From contig OX597832.1 in NCBI GenBank assembly GCA_951406725.2, positions 17,794,001 through 17,858,000 of the forward strand: a stretch of 64,000 bases of DNA, read 5' to 3'. Below are positions 1 to 13,708 of this stretch, piece by piece. A program made the position numbers and the translations under genes. The notes under the pieces were generated by a model. It worked only from the letters and a program-made list of their open reading frames with translations. It made no database searches and was not told the origin of the DNA. The number at the start of each line of letters is the position of its first letter. The first letter of the stretch is position 1. The stretch comes from Octopus vulgaris (taxonomy: Eukaryota).

Positions 1-121
1 TTTATCGACCCTGAAAGGAAGAAAGGGACTTCGATGGCATTTGGACTCAGAACATAAAGACAGACGAAATGCCGCTAATCATTTTGCCCGGCATACTAAT
101 GATTATGTCAGCTCGCTGCTT
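1..121 (-). mobile_element. SINE family A (tRNA-derived head, Deu/Nin-like central domain), partial
   Basis: Reverse complement matches the recurring consensus GGCGGCGAGCTGGCAGAA.CGTTAGCA...GTTCTGAGTTCAAATTCCGCCGAGGTCGACTTTGCCTTTCATCCTTTCGGGGTCGATAAA. Confidence 0.8.
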
Positions 122-149
122 CGAATCATGCTATTATTACTAAGTCATA

Positions 150-246
150 AGTCGGCGAATTGGCAGAAGTGTTAGCACGCCGGACGAAATGCTTAGTGGT
201 ATTTCGTCTGAGATCAAATTCCGCTGAGGTCGGCTTTGCCTTTCAT
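150..246 (+). mobile_element. SINE family A, 5' part
   Basis: A-box/B-box head followed by GAGGTCGGCTTTGCCTTTCAT; head-to-head with the copy at 1-121. Confidence 0.8.
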
Positions 247-695
247 TAATACGGAGAAAAGTTGTCGTGAATTGGAAGCACTGCAAAAATACTTCGCAAA
301 AAACTGCCATCTATGGTCAGTTTCAAAATTGTGTTGGTCTTTACACGGCAATACAAAGCATATATATATTTCCATAGGCCACACAGTGCAATGACCTTGC
401 TCCACCTCAATATCTCTTTCGATCGTTTCAATATAACTTGAATGTTCTGAAGAGGTTAAAAATACAGTTTTAAGAGTTTTTTTCTGGGAAACCTGAAGAA
501 CTTTCACGCCCCGGAGATCAACAACTTGCTAAAGAGTCAGGGTTATAGAATCAGTAATAAACGGAAAAGTTATCTTGATTAATTGTGTTAATTAAGACCT
601 TCTTTCTTTCCACTTTCGAAATATGATAGGGCTTTCTTTCCAAAATATTGTGCATACATACATAGATACATGCATGCATACATACATACATACAT

Positions 696-726
<31 letters not shown>

Positions 727-1914
727 TGTCTGTCAGTGTGTTTGTTTGCTTGTGTATGTGTGTGTGTGTGTGTATGTGTGTGTGTGTGTGTATGTGTGTG
801 TACTTACGTGTTTGTCTCTCACCGCCTGATGACTCGTACTAATTTGTAGAACCTAGTGTTTCGACAAAGAAATAAGTTTAGAACATACATGCATACTAGG
901 ATCGATCGAATCGAAAAGCTCGTTTTTAGATTGTGTCGTCATCATAGCCGCCGCTCGATGACTGAAACAAGTATAAGAATAACGGAGTAATACACTTATT
1001 TTCGTACAAAGCAAGGAATTGCGTTCGGTTGCTATGATTTAGCTGAATCCTGATAAATCAATGTTTCATAACTTTAACGACCCCGAAAGAATGAAATGCA
1101 CAGGAAGCCCAACAATATTTGTTGTGAAGCAACAAATAGAAGTAAATATATACTTTATGAAGGACTATATGCCTTAATTGGATGCTTAATTAATAATTTT
1201 TTCTGTTATTTGGAGGAAAGAAATGAAGCGAATGTTAATCTAGTCTCGTCAAGGAATTGATGAATATATTAATGTCGCCAATAAACACAGATACAGGAAG
1301 TTTATAATGAAAAAAAATCGATTTTGATATTTAACTAGAACATATTTTAACGATCACAGATTTGAGATCAATAACATATGTGCTAAGTAAGATATAAACC
1401 AATCTCAGTATTTGACTAGTACTTACTTTATCGATCTGGTAACCCTGAATATTAAGCTACCTAAATTCAGGAAGTAACTCGTACACAATTTATCCATCAA
1501 ATTGCAAACAGCTCTCTTCTATTAGTTAAGTAGTACCCAAAAATTAGCAATTAACCGGTTCATATTTTATGTTTCTAGGTATCTTGAGACCTCATCCTAA
1601 CCTCACTACTCAACTTGTACTTAATTCATAAGTATGTGTATTCGGCGGATGTATCCCAAATTTCCTATTTGTTTAGTACAAAATTTATTAATCAAAGAAC
1701 TTGATCTTCAATCTAGGATCAGTACGTACCTAGTATTAATTTGATTGCTCTCGGAATGCTTGAAAATATAGTTTACTGGAATAAAGATGATAATAGGGAA
1801 TTAGAATGATAATATGGAATTAAAAAGAAAATAGTTAATTAATTATTATCTATAATATCCAAAGTACCATCTGTTACAATGGTTTCTATGATCCGATGCG
1901 TATTTCTTTTTTTT

Positions 1915-2119
1915 CCTTTTCTTTTACTTGTTTCAGTCATTTGACTTCGGCCATGCTGGAGCACCGCCTTTATTCGAGCAAATCGACCCCGGGACTTATT
2001 CTTTGTAAGCCCAGTACTTATTCTATCAGTCTTTTTTGCCGAACCGCAAAGTGACGTGGACGTAAACACACCAGCATCGGTTGTCAAGCAATGCTAGGGG
2101 AACAAACACATACACTCAC

Positions 2120-2168
<49 letters not shown>

Positions 2169-2340
2169 TACATATATACGACAGGCTTCTTTCAGTTTCT
2201 GTCTACCAAATCCACTCACAAGGCATTGGCCGGCCCGGGGCTATAGCAGAAGTCACTTACCCAAGGCACCACGCAGTGGGACTGAACCCGGAACCATGTA
2301 GTTGGTTAGCAAGCTACTTACCACACAGCCACTCCTGCGC
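1915..2340 (-). mobile_element. SINE family B (tRNA head, CORE-like motif, internal microsatellite), full length
   Basis: Head GCGCAGGAGTGGCTGTGTGGTAAG...GGTTCAGTCCC, then ACCTTGGG.AAGT, a central (TA)n/(CA)n tract and the tail ...AAATGACTGAAACAAGTAAAAGA. Confidence 0.85.
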
Positions 2341-2655
2341 CTTGTATTGTAGCTTTTTAATTTGAACAATAAACATTTTAGCACGACATTTTCTCTAGAT
2401 TTGGTCTTTTGGTTTCTGATTATGGGCCCAAATCCTTCTCGGGCAAGGGACCATGAATTTATTTATTGCTTTCAATATTGTTATGACATATTTATTGTTT
2501 TAATGGTTGTACATCGCAATGAAAGACGCTATCAGACTACACACGGCTCCTGACATTAGGAAGTGGAATGAAGGAATAACATATTTACATGCCTAACAAG
2601 AAACAGAAGCACTCTTGTATGAAGAAAATATTCAAGTCTTAGACTACCCACTTAC

Positions 2656-2712
2656 ATTCTTTCGCCATTTTATCATCAGGTGCAAACCTTTGTAATTGCC
2701 TTGATTGTTCAG
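2656..2712 (-). other. Candidate 57-nt internal exon of an unidentified minus-strand transcript
   Basis: Acceptor cttttatgctctcttcAG and donor GTAAGT; length divisible by 3; stop-free in two frames. Confidence 0.3.
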
Positions 2713-2829
2713 CTGAAGAGAGCATAAAAGATATTTTAGTGTATCAATGTATATATATATATCGGGACATTTTCCTGCGAGGAACTATTAAAATTAGACA
2801 CCTGTAGACGATACATACAACCTAAGAAA

Positions 2830-3200
<371 letters not shown>

Positions 3201-3839
3201 TACTTTATGCACACACACATATATATATATATATTTCTATATATATACACACAAATCTGTGTGTGTGTTTGTGCGAGTGTGTGCGTATGCGTGTGTGTGT
3301 ATGTGTGCGTGTGTGTGTGCCCGAATCATCGTACGAGAGACCACTCAAAGCTTTTTTCCTTGAAGGCGACTGCTTCCAAATAGAAGAATGTAGCTGCCGC
3401 GAAAATCAGACAAGGTCATAACACATGACGACGTTCGTATGTTGATGACAAGGACGACGACCACGCTGACGATGGTTTATTATTAAATGCAGGAAAATCA
3501 TTTGAGTGAGGGATAGTGACTTTGGTGGTCAAGGTGACCCTAGATTAGTGAGATTCCCTGCTTGTCCCTGCTTGGAATTTCTCCTGTATAAGAAGAGCAT
3601 CATTCATCTTTTAACATGTTACGTATTCTATGAATGTAGATTTTTTAATTATTATTTCATGCTCTTTATCATTTTACCTTCCTCATCTTTTATGGAAGTC
3701 TACACATAAACTTTAGCCTCTTCTTGTGATGTACCTCCACTCATGTGTCATGTGTCATGTAGCAAATGAAAGAATTTGAAGTTTGTTTTAAATGTAATTT
3801 GACCATAAGATGATAGTTTGATCTTAAACATTACTATTA

Positions 3840-3880
3840 TTGTTGGGGTGACAAACACAGACACAGACACACATACATAT

Positions 3881-3934
<54 letters not shown>

Positions 3935-4290
3935 ATGTATATATATATAAAGTTAATCCAAACAAGAAAGCACAAAAAACACAACAAAGCGAGGACGTGG
4001 AACAAATATAGTATTTTTGGACGCCCAGGAAAGGAGGCTTTAACGTTTCGAGCGGAGCTCTTCGTCGGAAACATAGGAAAAGGGAAGACGGAGGGAAAAA
4101 ATCGCCAACGGTACACACGAGGTCACATTTTACGGGCTTATTTCATTTTTCGTCTACCAAATACACTCACAAGGCTTTGGTCGGCCGAGGCTATAGTAGA
4201 CGACACTTTCCCAAGGTGTCCCGCAGTGGGAATGAACCCTGAACCATGTGGCTGGTAAGCAAGCTACTTACCACACCGCCACTCCTGCGC
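3840..4290 (-). mobile_element. SINE family B with an HHR element inserted in its microsatellite
   Basis: Head at 4133-4290 and microsatellite at 3850-3950, interrupted by 3951-4128. Confidence 0.75.
3951..4128 (-). mobile_element. Penelope-like terminal fragment with minimal hammerhead motif
   Basis: Minus 4038-4072 reads ttt-CCGACGA-a-gagc(tcc)gctc-GAAA-cg-TT-aaa; second copy at 21862-22062. Confidence 0.65.
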
Positions 4291-4977
4291 CTATAATAAT
4301 AACTTTATCTTTACGTAAAGTGCCAAACATACGATGCTTAACCATGAGTCTTTGTTATATTTGTTGAAATCATTGAAATCCTTCTCGGTATAAATATACT
4401 TTTCGCTCTTCTACAGTTAAAAATCTCCTCAACTTAAAGCAATATCCGCCCACAAAATCTGCCCCATATGTTCTATGTTAGAAATCGATATTTGAATAAA
4501 ATCAAGGGTTAAAGACTGCTAAAATCGATATCATAACAGATAACTTACCTCATATCATGCACCAGCGTGTCATTATATTCACAGTTCAACATTTCCTCAA
4601 AGGTCATAGCAAGGAAATCATTGAGATAAGAATCTATCACTTACTAATGATATCTTTATCTTTATGGGAGACCGTGTGCCTTTACTTGTAAGAAATTTTT
4701 GACAATGTTTTTCACATCCAACGACATTTTGGACCAATCGTAAATGTAGCGAGAAATGACAGCAGATTTACACGGTTAGCAGCAGATGCTTATTTCGATT
4801 CGTCGCGGCATTTGTTGCTGTTACTGATTATTGATATCAAATAGTGTGTATAAATTAGTAAAATGCACCATATGTGTCATAAAAAAGCAAATAGGCATGC
4901 ATAAATACATACATACATACGTGCACACATACATGCATCATCTGTGTGTGTATGCTTTTATATGTGTGTGTATGTTT

Positions 4978-5594
4978 GTGCGTAACTGGTGCTTTTATTT
5001 AATCGACCCACAAGGGGCTAAACACAGAGATGACAAACAAGGACAGACAAACAGAATAAGTCAATTATATATACCACAGTGCGTAACTGGTACTTATTTA
5101 ATCGACCCCAAATGGAAGACAGGCAAAGTCGAACTCGGCCTAATTTGAACTCAGAACGTAGCGGCAGACGAAATACCTATTTCTTTACTACCCACAAGGG
5201 GCTAAACACAGAGAGGACAAACAAGGACAGACAAACAGAATAAGTCAATTATATCGACCCTACTGCGTAACTGGTACTTATTTAATCGACCCCGAAAGGA
5301 TAAAAGGTAAAGTCGATCTCGGCAGAATTTGAAGTCAGAACGTAGCGGCAGACAAAATACCTGTTTCTTTACTACCCACAAGGGGCTAAACACAGAGGAG
5401 ACAAACAAAGACAGACAGACGGATTAAGTCGATTATATCGACCCCAGTGCGTAACTGGTACTTAATTTATCGACCGCGAAAGGATGAAAGGCAAAGTCGA
5501 CCTCGGCGGAATTTGAACTCAGAACGTAACGGCAGACTGAATACGGATACACATTTCGCCCGGCGTGTTAACGTTTCTGCCAGCACGCCGCCTT
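4978..5594 (-). mobile_element. Tandem multimer of SINE family A
   Basis: One headed unit (5361-5594) followed by ~184-bp headless units (5177-5360, ~5008-5176) and a partial unit. Confidence 0.85.
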
Positions 5595-5823
5595 CAAAAT
5601 CGTCCAATGTTTCTTTTGAATGTACACGCACTGTCCGGCAGAAGTTCTTTCTTGTTTTGTCACCTCTTACCGTTCCTCCAGCACAAGTTTTACAAAATAT
5701 TGGAATGATGTAATACCGCCTCCATGCATCATATTCATTAAGAATTGTCTTCTCCAAAACTTAGTTACTCTGTAAACCCGTCGTCGCACATATTATTCCC
5801 GCAGCTATCGGCTTTGGACTTAC

Positions 5824-5910
5824 TGCACTTTGAACGGAACTTTGACGGTGTAAATCTTTCCGGTCGCAGACTACTTGCAGGAATTCTGGACTCTGCTCCA
5901 TCCACCAGAC
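5824..5910 (-). other. Candidate 87-nt exon (or start of a terminal exon with stop at 5765)
   Basis: Acceptor tttttatttgtAG at 5911-5912; donor GCA|GTAAGT at 5818-5823; 29 codons, open in two frames; complex non-repetitive sequence. Confidence 0.35.
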
Positions 5911-6814
5911 CTACAAATAAAAATTTAGTAAATAAACAAATAAAAATTAGTAGAGGCAATAAGTAGTATTAATTAGTGCAGTTTTGGTGCTAGAGGAACA
6001 TGTCACCATTAGTAGCGGAAGCTTTTGTTAAAAGTGGTGTTGGTGGGAAGAGTACACAACTATGAGGGAGTATGGTGACTTCCGTCTAGTTTTCGATTTT
6101 ATTATCGTCAAATCGAGCAAGCCTTTCAGTTTTACGTTTTGTTTATTTTACTTTCACTTTTTATATTTGCTACCCAAATGTTGTGAGATAGATAAACTCT
6201 ATTGTGAGTTTGTATTGGATATAATATGACTGAGAGGACAGACGGGATTGATGGCTTATTTACACTGTAGACAGACTTTTGGCGACATGTCTGCAAGGAT
6301 AAAAAAAAACAAACAAACAGAGGGAAAAACAGAAATAATCAATGAACTAACGAACGAATAGAAGATAAACATGAAAGTAAAATAAACGAAAGACAAAATT
6401 GAAAACAAACAATTAAATCGCATATAAAAAATAATACAGAAAAAAATAAACGTGGTGACACATATTTAGCGTAAATCCTTTTTTTATTAATACTAATATT
6501 ATTCTTATTTTGTTTAATTAGAATGTAAACAGATTAGATATGATTAAACGCCGTAAAAATAAGGCTTAACATTTTATTTCGTGCCCATGTTTTGTGACTT
6601 CATATTCAGAAACGGCGAATAACGGACAACTACCTAAACTATAAGTAGCCATGTTTGTGTAATTATGAAGAGAAAGTCTCTATAATGCAGTTTAGACATT
6701 CGTAAGCTGGTTATATGTCACCTGCGCAAAATGTTCCATATTCTCTTTATGTTCTAGATTTAAGGCCAAATTGTTCAGTTTGTTTAATTGATAGATAATT
6801 AAAATATTACGGAG

Positions 6815-7109
6815 ATATACTTGCATAGCAAGTGATTTGATCTGAGATCGTGTACTGAAACGAAAACAATTGCAGCGTGGAAGGCGTTTGTAAGCCATTT
6901 AAGAAACACACAAAAGCCGTTCGATTCACTTCAACATTTAAGTTTAATTTGTCAAAATATTTTCGTCGCTTTAAGACCGCGACCTGTTCAATGACAAAAA
7001 TCTGTGCTACATCTCTGCATCCGTGATGCAGTACGGACTTTTGTCAGTGAACAGGTAGCGGTCTTAAAGCGACGAAAATATTTTGACAAATTAAACTTAA
7101 ATGTTGAAG
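6815..7109. mobile_element. Penelope-like fold-back element, 71-bp inverted arms each with an HHR-like motif
   Basis: 6929-6999 is the reverse complement of 7039-7109 apart from ~2 mismatches. Confidence 0.75.
7040..7090 (+). ncRNA. Minimal type I hammerhead-like motif with G3-C8 core variant
   Basis: tttgtca-GTGAACA-g-gtagc(ggtcttaaa)gcgac-GAAA-atat-TT-tgacaaa: 7-bp stem I, palindromic AAUAUU stem III. Confidence 0.6.
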
Positions 7110-7399
7110 ATAATTAAAATAATAATATGGAAAATGTCGTTGTGGTGTCTGTGATTAAAAATTAAATTCAAATAGACATAAGAAAATAGCTTACTCCGAG
7201 TATCAGTGATATGGAGGTTATAAAATAGAAGTTCTAAGGTAAAATTAATTAATTAATTAATTAATAATTAATAATTTTAACAAGTAGTTCAGTATGTTAA
7301 AAGAATCATTATCGCAACGCCCTTCAACGACATTGCTACCAAGTTGTATACACATAAGAATGAGGCCTTCTTTTTCTTAAACATTGATGTCGCGGAATA

Positions 7400-7620
7400 A
7401 GCGGCGAGCTGGCTGGCAGAAACGTTAGCATTCCGGGCGAAATGCTTAGAGGTATTTCGTCTGCCGTTACGTTCTGAGTTCAAATTACGCCGAGGTCCAC
7501 TTTGCCTTTCATCAATTCGGGGTCGATAAATTAAGTACCAGTTGTTTACTGGAGTCGATCTAATCAACTAGCCCTCTCCCCCAAAATTTCGGGCCTGGAA
7601 CCTAGAGTAGAAAAGAATAA
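7400..7620 (+). mobile_element. SINE family A, alternative 3' tail
   Basis: Family A head and central domain with tail ...CCCCAAAATTTCGGGCCT...AGTAGAAAAGAAT. Confidence 0.8.
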
Positions 7621-7734
7621 GAAAATTTAATTGCATAGACAACTGTCCACCTTTCCTGAAATGTAGAGAGCATACTCGTACATATAAGCGCAGATCCATG
7701 GTCCAGCATGACCGACCGAGGCACGGGAACATAA

Positions 7735-7894
7735 CGTGTAGCTATGTGGAAAAAAGAAAAACTTTCCTTCCCAGCTATATGTTTCAGGGTTCAATCCCAC
7801 TGAATAACACCTTGGGCAAATGTCCTTTATTATAGCTTCGGGTCGACTAAAGCTTTGTGAGTGGATTTTTCAGATGAAAACTGAAAGAAGACCA

Positions 7895-7959
<65 letters not shown>

Positions 7960-8165
7960 ATTTGGTTCCTGCCACCGATTCACAACCGGTGTTGATGTGT
8001 TTACATCCCCGTAAATTAGTAGTTCGGCAGAAGTGACCCATAAAATAAGAAGTAGACTTAAAAACAACAGGAAATACGGAAATCGGTTTACTCAACTAAA
8101 ATCCCGCAAGGCAGACCCCATCAGGGTCGCATTCTAATGACTGAAACAAGCAAAAGAATAAAAAA
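7735..8165 (+). mobile_element. SINE family B, diverged
   Basis: ACCTTGGGCAAATGTC, internal (GT)n, tail TGACTGAAACAAGCAAAAGAATAAAA. Confidence 0.75.
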
Positions 8166-8949
8166 TATTGTATGTATTAATAGTGCTAAGTATTTTAGTT
8201 TGGCCCTGTGTAGATCTTCATAAATCGCTAACCCCAAATAAACCAAAGTTCCCGCTTAAAAACAGAATTACTTTGCTTGCATATGTAGTAGTTCTTAATA
8301 TATTTTGCATTAAAACTTATTACAAAAAAAAAATAGTTTCTGTAACGAATTCTGTAGTTGTTGTTCATGTACGTGTGGTTGAACGTAGACATGTGGATGT
8401 TTTTAATATATTTTCACAATACTAACTATTATACCCATCAATGTCTGAAAGAATTTATGTTTCTGTATCAGAATGTATTTCTCTAATAATATGTAGTCAT
8501 TATTTAAATGTTTTTCGCATCACTAACTATTATAGCCACCGATATATAAAATAAATTGTATAGCAATGTACTTATTTAATGTGATAACGTATTTCTTTAT
8601 ATATTTCAATGAGTCTTACCACAAAAAAATATGGACACACATTTAACAAACATTCACTTTATAGAATTTTGCGTGTGCACGTAATTCTTTTTCCGTTATT
8701 TTTTTCATATTTAATAAGTGATTTTACATATTTTGCAATACTGGCTATTATAACAATTATAATTAACAATTATATAAAAGAAAGTGTGTAACCATATGCT
8801 CATGTAAATGAACATATTTCTTTAAAAGATATGTTCATTATAACAATGGATTTTGTTTTACTTACTTTCATGAAATGTCTGAAATATATTGTCTCAATCT
8901 TTATACCGGTTGTCTTAACATATTTTCATTCAATGCATTTGGTTGTAAA

Positions 8950-9680
8950 ATGGCGCTCTGCTAGAATCTTTTGCACGTCAGAGGCAAAATGCTTAGCGGC
9001 ATTTGGTCCGTCTCTGTGTTCCGAGTTTAAATACCCCTGAGGTCGACACTTACGTTCATTCTTTCGGAGTCTATAAAATAAGTACCGTAAATCCTGAGTA
9101 TAATCCACATTTTTTCCCAAAAATTTAAAGGTCAAGATCCCTAGTGCGTATTATACTCGAGGTTAAAAATGAAAATTATTTTCTAAGCATTGTCCGAGTC
9201 TCTATTTGCTTTCCGGCAATGTTTATTCAGACGCATTTTGTGATGTCGGGCGCGAAAATACCTTAAGCTAAGCCTGAAAGCAATGAAGTCGTAAAAGAAT
9301 ATCCATAACTTGCAGTTAGCAACATTTATTAAACGTTATTACAGTTATTACTATTATTTATTTATTTTCTGCAAACAAAATGCACAAAAGTTCTACAAGT
9401 TTGCATTATGTTATACATACAATAATAATAAAGTACGTTACCGTGTACATTTTTACAAACCAAGGACGTTACATAGACCTCCTTGGCTCAGGTTAGAGAA
9501 GTGGTGCGTATTATACACATGGTTTAGGTTTTTTCAGAGTTACAGCCCCCTAAACATCCCCTGCGTATTATACTCAAGGGCGGACTATACTCGAGGATTT
9601 ACGGAACCGGTTATTGGGTAGATACAATTGACTTATCTCTCCTACTAAATTGAAGCCTTGTGCCAAAATTTGAAAGTATG
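8950..9680 (+). mobile_element. SINE family A interrupted by a MITE
   Basis: SINE 5' part to AAATAAGTA (9084); SINE tail resumes after 9604. Confidence 0.65.
9085..9604. mobile_element. Tc1/mariner-superfamily (Tc2/pogo-like) MITE
   Basis: TIRs CCGTAAATCCT(C)GAGTATA.TCC / GGACTATACTCGAGGATTTACGG; TA on the left flank; subterminal GCGTATTATAC repeats. Confidence 0.7.
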
Positions 9681-9687
9681 ATAATAT

Positions 9688-9870
9688 AAGGCAGCGATCT
9701 GGCAGAACCATTAGTGAGCTGGGCAAAATGCTTAGCGGTATTTTGCCCGTCTGCATGTTCTGAGATCAAATTCTGACAAGATCGAAGGTGCCTTTTATCA
9801 TTTCATGATCGATAAAATAATTATCAGTCCCCTAAAATTACTGGCCATTGTGCCAAAATTTGAAACCAAT
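9688..9870 (+). mobile_element. SINE family A
   Basis: Consensus head and central domain. Confidence 0.75.
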
Positions 9871-9954
9871 ATATTAGCTTAATATATGAAGGAATTTAAT
9901 AATATTCAGTGGTGTACTCCTATTTTCTTTAAAAGTAACCATATAGATATTTGA

Positions 9955-10170
9955 GACGGTGAGCTGGCAGAATCGATTGCACGTCGGAAAAAAAAAAGGC
10001 TGAGCAGAATTTCTTCCAGTTTTGTTTTATCTTCTTAGTTCAAATTCCACCTGGATGATATTTGACTTTCATCCACTTAGTGGTAGGGTCAATAAAATAA
10101 TGTACCAATCAAGTACTGAGGTAGATATAAAAGACTTGACCCCCTCTTCTCAGAATTGAAGTCCTTGAAC
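9955..10170 (+). mobile_element. SINE family A, diverged
   Basis: GGTGAGCTGGCAGAATCG head, TTCAAATTCC, GTCAATAAAATAATGTACC. Confidence 0.65.
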
Positions 10171-10909
10171 GCTGTAAAAGATTGGTGTGTTTTCTAGGCG
10201 CGTGTTGTCATATTGTGAACTCGGTCACGAATATTAAGTAACTGGGTAACTGACCTTATGAGCATTATGGCTCGAGGAAAAGTTAATCAGATACATACCT
10301 ATGCAGGTGTGAAAATAGTTGAGTACATATTATATATTTCTGACACGAATAAGGGTGTAAGAAGTTTGCTTAGCTTTTATGAGGATTTTGACTCAATCCT
10401 ACTGCATGGTAACTTGTGCATGTATTGCATAATAAACGCTCACTTCAGCCTAAATATTGCATGCAAGATTTGGCTTTAGGGTCCCTACAAAAGCCTTTTG
10501 GGTTGATTGTGCCCGTAATTCATAGACATAGTCTTGTCATACACAGCTTCGCGTTGATTTTGCACAAGCAATAGGAAAAGATAACATAACTTTTTAATCG
10601 AGTACTCAACTTATTCAATACTAGTTCAAGAAGCGTGTAATTTAGTTAATCGAACTAATGCATAGTTATAGTTGAAACTGATTGGTATCTATTGGCTTAC
10701 GTAAGTGTTCATTATACGAATATGGCTTTTAGTAAGTACAATTGTAACCACGAATACTTGAATGAACTTGCGTTGCAATGTATCTGGTTATTAAAATATT
10801 TCTCTGGATATATCGCAATTATTCAAATATGCGTTGAACCATTAACTTTTGTAACTAAAAACGCGCGAAAAACAAGTGTTCAGCTATCAATGTTTGTATA
10901 TAATACTAT

Positions 10910-11365
<456 letters not shown>

Positions 11366-11854
11366 ACTCTTTATGTAATCAGTACATATCTACATATTTT
11401 ATTCTACTAACTTCTAGGACAAAAATATATGCAAAATACGGTGTAGCAAGATTTTTCTACGCATGTTATCTTTATCTGTATGATTATTTAAACATGCTTT
11501 TATATAGTTCAATCTATTTGCAATATTAACTCTTATCGCCACACATTATACATAATATGACCGTTCTGTTAAGTTTTTACGTATATTTCTGTACATTGTG
11601 GTCAGTACTCAGATATATTTTGCACCACAAACTGTATTAGCCAGCAACATCTAAAATAGACGAACGTAGTTCTGAGTGCGTGGATGTATGTTTTTTTTTA
11701 AATATGTATTCTTTATTATGTTGTAGTCATATCTTTTATTATAGGCACCATAACAATAAAAGAATTGAATTGATTGTATGTGTATGGGTGCTTTGTGATT
11801 GTACAGGTGATTGTATAAGTATGGTGTGACGGTGCACAACATGTGGGTGCGAAC

Positions 11855-11900
<46 letters not shown>

Positions 11901-12011
11901 ATCTGAAGTGGATATCAATGTATTTTACTCATGTACGATTGCAGATGGGACATTTTACTTTGATCTACAAAAACAACATTCTCTCATTCACCTTCTCTCT
12001 CTCTCGCTTTC

Positions 12012-12078
<67 letters not shown>

Positions 12079-12079
12079 T

Positions 12080-12640
12080 TTCTTTCTTCTTTCACCCTTG
12101 CTGAGCCATCTCCATGATGCTTTGTGGTCTTTTAAGTTGTTAATTTCACGGTGGAACTGACCATGTAATTCCAGGTGGAGTAGGGTTTCTTTTCTCTCGT
12201 TAGCCGTTCGGGATTGGAATTCATGAGCACTTTCATGTCCATTTTCGGTAAATTTTTCTGCTCTAGCAGTGTAATGTAGCAGATCTTTTTCGATGTTTAC
12301 GTAATATTCTACCTTGTTTCATATTTCACTGTTGGTGCACTCCCGTACGCTAATCTTCCCACAACTTTACACCGCTTCATGTAGATCTTGTGTACATTCG
12401 CCTTAGGGTGGAGGGCACCATGCATTGTCATTGTCTCTCGGGCAATGCTATCGAGCTGGTGAATCTCCGCCAGTTTCATTTCAGGATGGGTGCACTATAG
12501 CAGACTAGAGCAACATCCCATATGTTGATGGTAGTCACGAGGTTCATTGAGTTAAGTTCTGATTTGAAGAGAAGTTTGAAAACCTTGATATATGATGTGA
12601 TGAAATTGTCTTTCATTTCTCTATAATGTTATTTGTTTAT
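12080..12640 (-). mobile_element. R4/Dong-clade non-LTR retrotransposon fragment (post-RT region), decayed
   Basis: Minus-strand translation KLLFKSELNSMNLVTTINIWDVALVCYSAPIL...LDSIARETMTMHGALHPKANVHKIYMKR resembles the R4/Dong 'MHGALHPK.D..RLY..R' block; frameshifted. Confidence 0.65.
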
Positions 12641-12863
12641 TCATTTCATTCTTATGTACCAGACATTTTATTTATTTGAATCCAGTTTAGAAAAATTGAA
12701 GCATGTCCATGTATGTATGTATGTATGTATGTATGTATGTATGTATGTCTGTATGTATGTATGTATGTATGTATGTATGTATGTATGTATGTATGCATGC
12801 ATATATGTCGGTCCGGATGTATATGAATTGAAAAGGCAGTTTATTATTGAATGTCGTTTGTAT

Positions 12864-12965
12864 GTATACACAGAGAGACACACGCATAACAATCTTTCAT
12901 ACATACGGACAATATAGACATACGTACTAACTATATATTTGCTCATATATGAGTGCGTATGAGTA
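12864..12965 (+). repeat. ~100-bp inverted duplicate of 19312-19422
   Basis: Both read MSKYIVSTYVYIVRMYER on opposite strands; the distal copy has a small insertion. Confidence 0.8.
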
Positions 12966-13036
12966 CGTATGTTTGTATATATATATTTATGCCTTATTCT
13001 TTACAATACTTTATTTATATATATATATATATATAT

Positions 13037-13135
<99 letters not shown>

Positions 13136-13189
13136 TATATATGTAATATGTATGCATGTATGTATGTATGTATGCATATATATATATAT

Positions 13190-13635
13190 ATCTTTTATGT
13201 TTCAGTCATTTGAGTGCGGCCATGCTGGAACACCGCTCATAGTCGAACAAATCGGCACCAGAATTTATTCTTTCTAAGACTAGTACTTATTTTTATCTGT
13301 ATTTTTTTGCCGAACTGCTAAGTTAAGGGGACGTAAACACACCAGCATCAGTTGTCAAGCGATGGTGGTGATATGCAAACACAGACACACAAACATACAC
13401 ACACACACACACACACACACATACACACACACACACATATATATATATATATCTTTATACAAATATATTTACGACGGGCTTCTTTCAGTTTCGGCCTACC
13501 AAATCCACTCACAAGTCTTTGCTCGGCCCGAGGCTATAGTAGAAGACACTTGCCCAAGTTGCCACGCAGTGGGACCGAACCCGGAACCATGTGCTTGGTA
13601 AGCAAGATATTTACCACACAGCCACGTCCGCGCCT
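13190..13635 (-). mobile_element. SINE family B, full length
   Basis: Consensus match at both ends; internal (CA)n(TA)n. Confidence 0.85.
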
Positions 13636-13670
13636 ATATGCATACATACATACACACACACACGCACGCA

Positions 13671-13708
<38 letters not shown>

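Noticed and set aside
214-507. 97-aa ORF in complex sequence
   Set aside because: No recognisable domain; it ends inside a SINE; no splice support.
2648-2683. Minus-strand cac-CTGATGA...GAAA...TA-agtg hammerhead-like string
   Set aside because: No stem II pairing and no palindromic stem III; it overlaps the candidate exon; probably chance.
4978-5594. Regularly spaced repeats resembling a CRISPR array
   Set aside because: Whole units are repeated with no unique spacers; eukaryotic SINE multimer; no cas genes.
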